Shown here: positions 31,079 through 40,395 of the stretch, in pieces
Layout: the number at the start of each line of letters is the position of its first letter
How positions within the stretch are numbered: position 1 is the stretch's first letter
NCBI GenBank assembly: GCA_963831365.1
Contig: CAWHPV010000016.1
Span: 592-64,591 of the forward strand
Direction: 5' to 3'
DNA length: 64,000 nucleotides
From: an uncultured Thermoleophilaceae bacterium
GTDB lineage: Bacteria > Actinomycetota > Thermoleophilia > Solirubrobacterales > Thermoleophilaceae
Notes under the pieces: model-generated
Told to the model about the DNA's origin: nothing
Databases searched by the model: none
The model's input: only the letters and a program-made list of their open reading frames with translations
Program-made: the position numbers and the translations under genes

Positions 31079-31540
31079 ATGCACTGCCTGGAATGCGGCT
31101 TCGTCAACCCCGAAGGGGCGAACTACTGCCAGAAGTGCGGCGCCTTCCTCGGCGACGTGGCGCGCGAGTCGGAGGACACGACGATCGCCTACCAGGTCGA
31201 CGACACGGGCGACCTCAGGGCGGTGGACCTCGACCGGGTCACCGCCGAGGGGGCGACACTCGTGATCCGCTCCGGCGGAGGGCGTGCGGGTGAGACCTTC
31301 AGCGTCGGGGACGAGCGGACCGCGATCGGCCGTACTCCGGAGTCCGCGGTCTTCCTCGACGACGTGACCGTGTCACGCAACCACGCGCTGCTCGTCCGCC
31401 GTCGCGATGGCATCTACATCGACGACCTCGGATCGCTCAACGGGACGTACGTGAACCGCAGCCGGATCGAGTCGCACAAGCTGACCGACGGCGACGAGCT
31501 CCAGATCGGTAAGTACAAACTGAGCTACCTCGAGCGATGA
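31079..31540 (+). CDS. FHA-domain protein with N-terminal zinc ribbon (GarA/OdhI-like)
   Basis: C3-x2-C6...C17-x2-C20 zinc ribbon, an EDTT (T34 T35) linker, and an FHA core IGRTPESAVFLDDVTVSRNHALL...DLGSLNGTYVN. Confidence 0.85.
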   Translation: MHCLECGFVNPEGANYCQKCGAFLGDVARESEDTTIAYQVDDTGDLRAVDLDRVTAEGATLVIRSGGGRAGETFSVGDERTAIGRTPESAVFLDDVTVSRNHALLVRRRDGIYIDDLGSLNGTYVNRSRIESHKLTDGDELQIGKYKLSYLER

Positions 31541-32307
31541 CGCCACGCACCGACCCAACCGGCGATCACGCGAGCGCCACTCCCTCGCCGGCCCCGCCTG
31601 CGGCCTCGCGCTCACCGAAGGCGCTCACGATCGGCGCGGTCTGCAAGCAGCTGGAGCGCGAGTTTCCGGACATCTCGATCTCCAAAATCCGCTATCTGGA
31701 GGACCAGAAGCTGCTGGCGCCGCGCCGCACCCGCGGCGGGTACCGGCTCTACAGCCCGGCCGACGTCACGCGCCTGCGCACCATCCTCCGGCTCCAGCGC
31801 GACGAGTTCCTGCCGCTCCGGGTGATCCGGCAAGAGCTGGCCGCCGGCCGCTCGGAGCCCGAGATCGCGAGCGCGAACCGGACCGACCAGCGCGCGATGC
31901 GCCGGGCCACGGTCGAGGTCAAGGGCAAGGGCGCCGCGTACCGGCTGGCGGACGTCGTCGAGGAGACGGGCGCCGAGTCTTCGCTCGTGCGCGAGCTCGA
32001 GGAGTACGGGGTGATCCGCGGCGAGAAGCGCGAGGGGGAGGTCTTCTACGACGACACCGAGCGCGAGATCGTCCGGGCCGTGTGCGAGCTGGCGCGCTTC
32101 GGCGTGGGGGGGCGGAACCTGCGCGTCTTCCGCACCTCGGCCGATCGCGAGGCCGCCCTGCTCGAGCAGATCCTCGCGCCGGCGCTCAGGTCGCGTAACT
32201 CCGAGCGCCGCAAGGAGGCCGTCGAGGCGCTCGAGAACCTCGCCGCGATCGCCTCCCACCTCAAGCACCTCCTTCTCGTGCGGGACCTGAGGAAGATCAC
32301 CTCCTGA
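31537..32307 (+). CDS. MerR-family transcriptional regulator (FtsR/Rv1828-like)
   Basis: ATGA overlap with the FHA gene. The HTH is LTIGAVCKQLEREFPDISISKIRYLEDQKLLAPRRTRGGYRLYS. Confidence 0.8.
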   Translation: MTPRTDPTGDHASATPSPAPPAASRSPKALTIGAVCKQLEREFPDISISKIRYLEDQKLLAPRRTRGGYRLYSPADVTRLRTILRLQRDEFLPLRVIRQELAAGRSEPEIASANRTDQRAMRRATVEVKGKGAAYRLADVVEETGAESSLVRELEEYGVIRGEKREGEVFYDDTEREIVRAVCELARFGVGGRNLRVFRTSADREAALLEQILAPALRSRNSERRKEAVEALENLAAIASHLKHLLLVRDLRKITS

Positions 32308-32350
32308 CCGCCGCCCGCCGCGTGAGGCCACGCACCGCGCCCGTGCCGCG

Positions 32351-32797
32351 ATGCCGAGGGTGAGGCGCTCGCGGGTGATCGCCGCCCCGGCCGGGGAGCT
32401 GTGGGCGGTGGTGTCCGATCCCCACCACCTGCCGCGCTGGTGGCCCGGCGTCGAGCGGGTCGAGGAGGCGAACGAGTGCGCCTGGACCAAGGTGCTGCGA
32501 AGCCCGCGCGGCAAGGTCATCCGTGCCGACTTCACGCGCGTCGAGGCTGAGCCCGAGCGCCGCCTGGCCTGGCGCCAGGAGGTCGACGACTCGCCGTTCG
32601 AGCGCATGATGTCGGAGTCGGTCACGGAGCTGGCGCTCGACCCGGCGGACGGCGCGGGGACGCGCGTCGAGCTCAGGACCCGGCAGCGGCTGCGCGGGCT
32701 CGCCCGGTTCGGCGGCTTCATGGTGCGCCGCGCCACGCGGCGGCAGCTCGACGAGGCGCTCGAGGGGCTCGACGCGCTGCTCGGTGAGCCGCGGTGA
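32351..32797 (+). CDS. SRPBCC (polyketide cyclase/dehydrase-like) family protein
   Basis: 148 aa with IAAPAGELWAVVSDPHHLPRWWPGV, typical of the START/SRPBCC fold. Confidence 0.7.
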   Translation: MPRVRRSRVIAAPAGELWAVVSDPHHLPRWWPGVERVEEANECAWTKVLRSPRGKVIRADFTRVEAEPERRLAWRQEVDDSPFERMMSESVTELALDPADGAGTRVELRTRQRLRGLARFGGFMVRRATRRQLDEALEGLDALLGEPR

Positions 32798-34465
32798 GCG
32801 CGGCGTCCGAGCGCTGGTGGGGGTGGGGGGACCCGGCGGCGGCGACCGAGGTCCCGGCCGAGGCGGAGGCCCTGCTCGGCCAGGAGCTGGAGCTGCCGGC
32901 GGGGTGGGAGGGCACCCCGGCGGCCGCGCTCGACGACGTCCAGGTGCCCGAGCCGCGGCTCGGAGCCGACGAGGCCGCCCGCCTGAGCGCCGTCGTCGGC
33001 GAGGGGGAGGTGCGGACCGATCTCCGGACGCGCGTGGCCCACGCCGCCGGGAAGAGCTACCCGGACCTCGTGCGCCTCCGCTCGGGCCACGCCGAGAGCG
33101 CCCCGGATGCGGTCGTCGCCCCGGGCTCGCACGACGAGGTCGCCGAGGTCCTCGCAATCTGCTCGGAGGCCGGGATCGCCGTCGTGCCCTTCGGCGGCGG
33201 CACGAGCGTCGTCGGCGGGGTCGAGCCGAGCCGCGACGGCTTCCAGGCCGCGATCTCGCCTGGACATGCGGCGGATGGACGCCGTGCTGGACGCCGACCC
33301 GCACTCGCTCACGGCCACGCTCTCGCCCGGGCTCACGGGTCCGGCCGCCGAGGCGGCGCTGGGGAGCCGGGGGATGACGCTCGGCCACTTCCCGCAGTCG
33401 TTCGAGTACGCGACGATCGGCGGCTTCGTGGCCACGCGCTCCGCCGGGCAGGCCTCGACCGGCTACGGGCGGATCGACGAGCTGGTCCGCGGCCTGCGGT
33501 GCGCGACGCCGGCGGGCGACCTGGTGGCGAGGGCCCTGCCGGCGAGTGCCGCAGGCCCCGACCTCAGGGAGCTCCTCGTGGGCTCCGAGGGCGTGCTCGG
33601 CGTGATCACCGAGGCGACGCTGTCCGTGCGCCGGGCGCCGAGCGACCGCCGTTACGAGGGATGGTCGTTCCGCAGCTTCGACGAGGGCGCCGAGGCGTTC
33701 CGCGTCATGGAGCAGGGCGGCGCCGCGCCGGACGTGGCGCGTCTGTCCGACGAGAGTGAGACCAGGCTCAGCCTGGCGCTCGCCGCGGCCGGGGCGAGCG
33801 GACGGCGCGCCTCGGCCAAACGGCGCGCGGGCGAGCGCTACCTACGCGCCCGGGGCCACGAGGGCGGGTGCATCGCGATCCTGGGCTGGGAGGGAGAGCG
33901 CCGCGAGGTCGGCCGCCGGCGATCGGCCTCGGCGCGCCTCGCGCGGCGGGGTGGGGGCGTGCCGCTCGGGCGCGGCCCGGGGCGCGCCTGGGCGCGGGGC
34001 CGCTACGCGGGACCCTACCTGCGCGACGCCCTCCTCGACCGCGGGGTCATGGTCGAGACGCTGGAGACGGCAACCACGTGGTCGCGGCTCGGCGAGCTCT
34101 ACGAGGCCGTCGCGTCGGCGCTACGCGAGTCGCTCTCCGAACGCGGGACGCGGCCGCTCGTCTTGTGCCACGTGTCGCACCTGTATCCGTCGGGGGCGTC
34201 GCTCTACTTCACCTTCCTGGCGCGCCAGGAGCGCGGCGCCGAGCTCGACCAGTGGCGCGCCGCGAAGGGCGCGGCCACAGATGCGATCGTGGGCGCGGGC
34301 GGCACGATCACCCACCATCACGCGGTCGGGCGCGATCACGCTCCGTGGATGCGCGCCGAGGTCGGCGAGGTCGGCCTTGAGGTCCTGCGTGCCGCCAAGG
34401 AGCGGCTCGACCCGCGCGGCATCATGAACCCGGGGAAGCTGCTGCCAGCCCGCGCTGCGGACTGA
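32794..34465 (+). pseudogene. FAD-linked oxidase (alkyl-DHAP synthase / GlcD-like), single frameshift as assembled
   Basis: The N-terminal part with the FAD-binding PFGGGTSVVGG lies in the frame of 32794. The rest (LDMRRMDAVLDADP...HHHAVGRDHAPW) lies in the frame of 33107. The junction is an extra C at about 33259. Confidence 0.8.
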
Positions 34466-34467
34466 CG

Positions 34468-35676
34468 CTAGTTGCCGCCTCCGCCGCCCTGTCCGGGCCC
34501 GCCCTCGGGCGGCGGCTGGACGCCCCCCTCGGGCGGCACGGGCTCGCCGCCCGGCGGCAGGACCGGCGTCCCGCCGGACGGGGGAGGCTCGGTGCCGGGC
34601 GGCGCCGCGCCGCCGGCGTCGGGCGCCGGCTGGCCGCCCGCGACCTGGCCGCGCAGGACGGACTCGCCGGAGTGCTCGGGGTTCTGGTCCATCTGCTCCC
34701 GCGAGACGTCGATGAACTCGTAGCTCTCGAAGTCCTCCGGCAGGATCCCGGCGCCCACGAAGAGGCCCTGCTCGTCCGTGAACTGCGCGCCGATCGACTG
34801 AGCGTCGTCATCCGAGTTGTAGAGCCAGACCTCGTAGGCCTCGTTCTCGGTCGAGGGCTCGAGCCGTGCCTGGACGATCAGCTGGCGCTGGCCGCCCTGC
34901 TCGGCGATGTAGGCGATGCCCCCGCCGCGCTCGTTCCCGATCGGCTCGAGCTCGATCTGGGCGAGGACCTGCGTCTCGGCGGCCGGGCTGGACGCCGCGG
35001 TGTCCGCCGCGGGCGGCGGCGCCTCGTCGTCGCCGCCGAAGGGCCAGACGAGAACGGCGAAGAGCACCACCGCGACCAGTCCGACCAAGCCGGCGGCGGC
35101 GCCCAGCGCGCGGCGGCGACGGACGACCGCCTCGGCCTCCGGCGACAGCGCGCCGGCGGCCGGCCGGGCACGCCTCGGCTCGGACTCTCGCTCCGGCCGG
35201 CGGTCGGCCGCCGGCTTCGGGCGGCGCTCGGCCGCCGATTTCGCTCCGCGCTCCCGCTCCGGGGTGGACGGCTTCGCGGCGGCGGCCGCGGTCTCGGACC
35301 GGCGCGACCGGCGGCCCGGCTCGCCGCTAGGGATCTCCGGCTCGGCGCCGTTCTTGTAGAGATCGCCGAGCGAGTCGATCATCGACAGCGCCCAGGCGCG
35401 GGCGGGCTCGGATCGCTTGAGATGTCCGCGGGTGGCCGTGGCCTCGGGCCCCGATTGCTGCCCGAGCACGTAGTCGGCGAGCTGGCCGCGCCACTCGGAG
35501 TCCACGCGCTCCGCGGTCCGCGGCGAGAGCGACAGCAGCGCCTCGCGAGCGTGCTCCCGCACGCCCGTCTCCGGCATTCCGAGGAGGTCGGCGATCTCCT
35601 CGTACGACTTTCCGCGTTGCAGGACGAGCTCGAGGATCGCCCGGCGGTCCGGGGGGAGCTGATCGAGGGTCGCCAT
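34468..35676 (-). CDS. membrane-anchored sigma-70 region-4 HTH protein with an RskA-like extracytoplasmic domain and a Pro/Gly-rich tail
   Basis: ATG at 35676 inside shadow ORF 34468..36816. The layout is an N-terminal HTH (LPPDRRAILELVLQRGKSYEEIADLLGMPETGVREHAREAL), a basic linker, one TM (ALGAAAGLVGLVAVVLFAVLVW) and a C-domain with AYEVWLYN...SIGAQF...VSREQ. Confidence 0.75.
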   Translation of the reverse strand: MATLDQLPPDRRAILELVLQRGKSYEEIADLLGMPETGVREHAREALLSLSPRTAERVDSEWRGQLADYVLGQQSGPEATATRGHLKRSEPARAWALSMIDSLGDLYKNGAEPEIPSGEPGRRSRRSETAAAAAKPSTPERERGAKSAAERRPKPAADRRPERESEPRRARPAAGALSPEAEAVVRRRRALGAAAGLVGLVAVVLFAVLVWPFGGDDEAPPPAADTAASSPAAETQVLAQIELEPIGNERGGGIAYIAEQGGQRQLIVQARLEPSTENEAYEVWLYNSDDDAQSIGAQFTDEQGLFVGAGILPEDFESYEFIDVSREQMDQNPEHSGESVLRGQVAGGQPAPDAGGAAPPGTEPPPSGGTPVLPPGGEPVPPEGGVQPPPEGGPGQGGGGGN

Positions 35677-35700
35677 CGCCGAGAAGGGTAACCTCCGCGC

Positions 35701-36111
35701 GTGTCCGAGGGGCCACCGACGCCGCTGCCGCTCGACGCCACGCTCGACGGGACGCTCGGCTTCGAGGCGCTCGAGCTGGGGGAGGAGGTGGTCCGGGGGC
35801 GCGTCGAGGTTGCGGACCGCATCCGGCAGCCGTACGGCATCGTCCACGGCGGCGTCTACGCCGCGCTGTCCGAGTCGCTCGTCTCGCGCGCCACGTACGA
35901 GGCCGTCGCGGACGACGGGATGATCGCCGTGGGCATGTCGAACGACACCAGCCTGCTCCGCCCCGTCACGTCGGGGTGGGTCACTGCGACCGGAAGGTGC
36001 CGGCATCGCGGCCGGACGACGTGGCTGTGGGACGTCGACCTGACCGACGGCGAGGGGCGGCTCTGCGCCGTGTCGCGGGTCACGCTCGCGGTGCGGCCGG
36101 GCCCGGGCTGA
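35701..36111 (+). CDS. PaaI-family hotdog thioesterase
   Basis: GTG start. The motif is GIVHGGVYAALSESL, with a TATGRCRHRGRTTWLW strand. Confidence 0.8.
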   Translation: MSEGPPTPLPLDATLDGTLGFEALELGEEVVRGRVEVADRIRQPYGIVHGGVYAALSESLVSRATYEAVADDGMIAVGMSNDTSLLRPVTSGWVTATGRCRHRGRTTWLWDVDLTDGEGRLCAVSRVTLAVRPGPG

Positions 36112-36125
36112 CCGGCGAGACCGCC

Positions 36126-37826
36126 CTAGCCGGCGAAGCGGTTGGTGATCGGCAGCCGCCGGTCGCGCCCGAACGCCTTGGTCGAGATGCGGATCCCGGG
36201 GGGCGCCTGCCGGCGCTTGTACTCGGCCCGGTCCACCAGCCGGATCACGCGGTCGACCTCGTCCTCGGGAAGGCCGCGCCGCACGAGCTCCGCGGCATCG
36301 AGGTCCTGCTCGACGTAGCCTTCGAGAATCGCGTCGAGGAGGTCGTAGGGGGGGAGCGACTCGTCGTCGCGCTGCTCCGCGCGGAGCTCGGCGGACGGCG
36401 CTCGCTCGAGCACCGAGCCGGGCACCAGCTCGCGTTCCGCCCGCTCGTTCCGCCAGGCCACGAGCCGGTAGACCCAGCCCTTGAACACGTCCTTCAGGAC
36501 CGCGAAGCCGCCGGCCATGTCCCCGTACAGCGTCGCATAGCCGACCGAGAGCTCGGACTTGTTGCCGGTCGTCAGGACGAGCCAGCCGAACTTGTTCGAC
36601 AGCGCCATGACCAGCGTCCCACGTATGCGTGCCTGGAGGTTCTCCTCGGTCAGGTCGGGCTCGACGGCCGAGAACTCGTCGCGCAGGGCGCCTTCGAACG
36701 CGAGGAACGGCTCCTCGATCGGGATCTCGATGAGCCTCGAGCCCAGGTTCGCGGCGATCGCCCTGGCGTCGGCCTGAGTCCCCTCGGACGAGTACCGCGA
36801 GGGCATCGAGATGCACGCCAGGCGATCCGCGCCCAGGGCGTCGGCGGCGACCAGCGCGACAAGCGCCGAGTCGATGCCGCCGGACAGGGCCACGACCGCG
36901 CGCTCGAAGCCGTTCTTGTCGACGTAGTCGCGCACGCCCGTCGTGAGCGCCCCGTAGACCTCCTCCTCGGCGCCCATCAGGGGGGGAAGCTGTCCTCCGC
37001 CCGCCTCCGCCCGGCTCGGCGTGGGGAGCTCGAGCGTGGCGAGCGTCGCGGCGGCGGCCGCGTCCGCGGCGCTCGCGCCGGAGCCGGCGGGCACCCCGCA
37101 GGTCACGAGCGCCTCCTCGAACTGCGCACCGCGCGCGAGCACCTCTCCGTCGTCGGCGAGGACCACACTGTGGCCGTCGAACACGAGCTCGTCCTGGCCG
37201 CCTACCAGGTTGCAGAAGGCGAACGTGGCCCCGGCGGCGGCCGCGCGCTCGGCGATCATGCGCTCGCGCTCGAGCCCCTTGCCGGCGTGATAGGGCGATG
37301 CGGACAGGTTCACGATCACGCGCGCGCCCGCGAGCGCCTCGTGGGTCGCCGGCGGCCCGGGCGCCCAGATGTCCTCGCAGATCGTGACGCCGATCCTGAC
37401 GCCGTTCAGCTCGAAGACCGCGGGTCGCTCACCCGCCCTGAAGTAGCGCTGCTCGTCGAAGACGCCGTAGTTCGGGAGCCGCATCTTCCGGTAGACGCCG
37501 GCGACCTCCCCGCTCGCGAGCAGCGCGGCGGAGTTGTACAGCGCGCCATCGCGCTCCGGGAAGCCGACCAGGGCCACGACGCCGCTCGTCCCGGCGGCAA
37601 GGTCCGCGAGCGCGCCCTGTGCGGCTGCTACGAAGCTCGACTTGAGCAGGAGGTCCTCGGGCGGGTAGCCCGTGAGCGCCAGCTCCGGGAGGACGACGAG
37701 CTGCGCGCCGGCCTCGCGGGCGCGATCGATCGAGTCGGCGATTCGTGCGGAGTTGCCGCGGAGGTCACCCACCGTCGGGTTGATCTGCGCGAGCGCGATC
37801 CGAAGCGGCTCATCGGCGGGCGGCAC
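36126..37826 (-). CDS. nadE: glutamine-dependent NAD+ synthetase
   Basis: 566 aa. An N-terminal nitrilase-type domain (ALAQINPTVGD...CEDIW) is joined to a synthetase domain (ALSGGIDSALVA). Confidence 0.95.
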   Translation of the reverse strand: MPPADEPLRIALAQINPTVGDLRGNSARIADSIDRAREAGAQLVVLPELALTGYPPEDLLLKSSFVAAAQGALADLAAGTSGVVALVGFPERDGALYNSAALLASGEVAGVYRKMRLPNYGVFDEQRYFRAGERPAVFELNGVRIGVTICEDIWAPGPPATHEALAGARVIVNLSASPYHAGKGLERERMIAERAAAAGATFAFCNLVGGQDELVFDGHSVVLADDGEVLARGAQFEEALVTCGVPAGSGASAADAAAAATLATLELPTPSRAEAGGGQLPPLMGAEEEVYGALTTGVRDYVDKNGFERAVVALSGGIDSALVALVAADALGADRLACISMPSRYSSEGTQADARAIAANLGSRLIEIPIEEPFLAFEGALRDEFSAVEPDLTEENLQARIRGTLVMALSNKFGWLVLTTGNKSELSVGYATLYGDMAGGFAVLKDVFKGWVYRLVAWRNERAERELVPGSVLERAPSAELRAEQRDDESLPPYDLLDAILEGYVEQDLDAAELVRRGLPEDEVDRVIRLVDRAEYKRRQAPPGIRISTKAFGRDRRLPITNRFAG

Positions 37827-37856
37827 GGCCCAAGTATGCCGCCGCGGAGCGCGCGG

Positions 37857-38312
37857 CTAGCGCGACGTGAGCGGAGCGACGACGGCGCGCGTGCACGCCG
37901 CCAGCACGCGCGGCGCGACCGCGAAGACCGAATGATCGTCCCCGCCCGCGCTCCAGATGCGGTCGTGCTCGAGCAGCGCGGCGTCGAAGACGACCGGGAG
38001 CCCGTGGGCGAGCGGTGGCACTCCGCCTGGCGAGAAGCCGGTCGCCGCGCGCACCTCGGCGGCGCTTGCCGCACGCGCCTCGGCGCAGTCCAGGGCGTCG
38101 CACACGAGCTCGGGATCGATTCGGGCGTCGCCCGAGGCCACGCAGACGACCGGGTCGCCGTCCGCGACGAACACGATCGACTTCGCGATTTGGGCGCTGT
38201 CGCATCCCACCGCCGACGCGGCGTCCTCCACGGTGCGAGTCGAGGCCGACAGGGTCTCGACCTGGACGTCGAGGCCCTCGCGCCGAACCTCCTGGATCAC
38301 GCGGTCGCGCAC
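37857..38312 (-). CDS. ybaK: YbaK/EbsC-type aminoacyl-tRNA deacylase
   Basis: 151 aa with QIAKSIVFVADGDPVV...TGFSPGGVPPLAH. Confidence 0.8.
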   Translation of the reverse strand: MRDRVIQEVRREGLDVQVETLSASTRTVEDAASAVGCDSAQIAKSIVFVADGDPVVCVASGDARIDPELVCDALDCAEARAASAAEVRAATGFSPGGVPPLAHGLPVVFDAALLEHDRIWSAGGDDHSVFAVAPRVLAACTRAVVAPLTSR

Positions 38313-38325
38313 TTGCGCCGTCTCC

Positions 38326-39756
38326 TCACGTGGACTTGATCGACTCGCGTCGCTCGAGCTTTAGCTGCACCGCGGCCTCGTCGGCGAGGTCCTCGAGCGC
38401 GTCGGCGAAGTCGGCCGCCAGCTCCTCGAGGTCCGGCATCGCGTCGTAGTCGGCGTTGAGGCCGAAGTTGATCTGGCCGTTGTAGCTCATGATCGCGACG
38501 CCGAGCGCCTGGCTCTGGGCGAGCGGGACCATCGGGAACACGTCGAGCAGCTCGCGCCCCAGCAGGTAGAGCGGGTACTGCGGGCCGGGCACGTTGGTCA
38601 CCACGAGGTTGAACATGCGCTGGCGGCGCACCATCAGCCTGGCCGCCTGGCTCATGATCGTGGGCGGGGCGAAACCGGCGAGCTCGGTCAGCCGCTGGGC
38701 GCCCACGGCCTGGCCGCCGTGCTTGAGCCCCTGCATCTCCTCGCGGATCAGGTCGAGACGGACAACCGGGTCCTCCTGGCCCACCGGCAGGGTCGCCATC
38801 ATCGCCGCGACCTGGTTCCCGAGCGCGCCGCGCGCCTCATCGGCGCGCACGCTGACGGGGATCATCGCCTTGAGCTCGAGGGCCTCCGTATCGACGCCGC
38901 GGCGACGAAGGTGGCGGCCGAGCGCGCCGGCCACGGACGCGAGCAGGACATCGTTGACCGTGCCTCCCAGCTGGTCCTTGATCCGCTTGACGTCGGCGAG
39001 CGACGCGCGGACCCACGTGAAGCGGCGGTGCGGCCCGATCGGGCGGTTGTAGGGAGTGGGGGGAGCGGGGCTGAGCCCGGCCCAGGCGAACGCGCCTACG
39101 CTCGCGAGCGCGTCCCGCGCGCTCGCCGCGATCTCGAGCGGGCGCCGAGCCACCGCGCCCGCCACCGCGAGCACCTGGGCCGGAGCGGACACGCGCTCGG
39201 CCAGCGCCTCGCCGAGGAGCTGGCTGCGGGACGGGAAGGGGCGGGGGAGCCACCGGCGCCCGGGGTCGGGCGGCGCGGCCGGCTCGGGGGCGGTGTCGAA
39301 GAGGACGCTCGCGATGTCGACGCCCGAGACGCCGTCCACGAGCGCGTGATGGGTCTTCGACAGCAGCGCGAAGCGCCCGCCGTCGAGCCCGTGGACGAGC
39401 CAGAGCTCCCACAGCGGCTTGTCGCGATCGAGGCTTTGGGAGAAGACCCGGCCGGCCAGGGCTCGAAGCTGCGCCTCGCTCCCCGGCGCCGGTAGCGCGG
39501 TCGCACGCACGTGGTACGAGAGGTTGAGGCGCGGGTCGTCCGCCCACCTCGGGCGGCCCTGCCCATAGGGCACGAACGCCAGCCGCTGCCGGTAGCGCGG
39601 CACGAGGTGAAGACGCCCCTCGATCGCCTCGAGGAAGTCCTCGTACGGCGGCGGCTCGCCGTCGAAGACCATCACGGCGGCCACGTGCATATGGGTGGAA
39701 TCGTCCTCCAGGTGCAGGAAGGACTCGTCCAGCGCGGTGAGCCGATCGGTTGGCAT
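38326..39756 (-). CDS. wax ester synthase / diacylglycerol acyltransferase family protein
   Basis: ATG at 39756 (MPTDRLTALDESFLHLE). The catalytic motif is HHALVDGVSG. Confidence 0.9.
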   Translation of the reverse strand: MPTDRLTALDESFLHLEDDSTHMHVAAVMVFDGEPPPYEDFLEAIEGRLHLVPRYRQRLAFVPYGQGRPRWADDPRLNLSYHVRATALPAPGSEAQLRALAGRVFSQSLDRDKPLWELWLVHGLDGGRFALLSKTHHALVDGVSGVDIASVLFDTAPEPAAPPDPGRRWLPRPFPSRSQLLGEALAERVSAPAQVLAVAGAVARRPLEIAASARDALASVGAFAWAGLSPAPPTPYNRPIGPHRRFTWVRASLADVKRIKDQLGGTVNDVLLASVAGALGRHLRRRGVDTEALELKAMIPVSVRADEARGALGNQVAAMMATLPVGQEDPVVRLDLIREEMQGLKHGGQAVGAQRLTELAGFAPPTIMSQAARLMVRRQRMFNLVVTNVPGPQYPLYLLGRELLDVFPMVPLAQSQALGVAIMSYNGQINFGLNADYDAMPDLEELAADFADALEDLADEAAVQLKLERRESIKST

Positions 39757-39904
39757 CGACCCCCGCGACCTTACTCTCTGCCGAGGTGGCACCGCGGAGC
39801 GAGCGGTAGGCGGGCCTCGACTCCGATCGTCCTCGACCGGCGCCGAGACACATCCTCGCCGGCGTCCGGCCGGGCATCGGTCGGCCGCGGATAGAGTCGG
39901 GCCG

Positions 39905-40366
39905 GTGGCGGCAGAGCCGGAGGGACTGGTCCTGGACCTGAGCTGCGTCCTGCCGGCGGCGCCTTCCGCCGTGTTCGCGGCCTGTACCGAGCCGGGGGAA
40001 CTGGCGAAGTGGTGGGGACCGAGCGGATTCACCGCCCCCGGGGTCGAGATCGACCTCCGCGTCGGGGGCAGCTACCGGATCGCTATGCAGCCGCCGGATG
40101 GCGATCTGTTCTATCTCTCCGGGGAGTTCCAGGAGATCGATCCTCCGGCGCGCCTCGCCTACACCTTTCGTTGGGAGGACCCCGATCCGGACGATCGCGA
40201 GACGGTGGTCACGCTGACCTTCCGCGCGCTCGGCGAGTCGACGGAGCTCGCGGTGCACCAGGGGGCCTTCGCCGCCGAGTCCCGGCTCGCGCTCCACGAA
40301 GGTGGCTGGTCGGACAGCCTCTCCCGGCTGCACGAGCTGATCTCGTCCCGCTCAGGCTCGCTCTAG
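39905..40366 (+). CDS. SRPBCC/AHSA1-family protein
   Basis: GTG at 39905. The pattern is ELAKWWGPSGFTAPGVEIDLRVGGSYRIAM...GWSDSLSRL. Confidence 0.7.
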   Translation: MAAEPEGLVLDLSCVLPAAPSAVFAACTEPGELAKWWGPSGFTAPGVEIDLRVGGSYRIAMQPPDGDLFYLSGEFQEIDPPARLAYTFRWEDPDPDDRETVVTLTFRALGESTELAVHQGAFAAESRLALHEGGWSDSLSRLHELISSRSGSL

Positions 40367-40395
40367 CTGGGGCAATCGCCTCTAGGCTGGCGCGA

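Noticed and set aside
35677-36816. N-terminal 380-codon extension of ORF 34468..36816
   Set aside because: The extension is antisense to the PaaI thioesterase and out of frame with nadE, and it is Arg/Pro-rich. A good ATG at 35676 begins the recognisable HTH domain.
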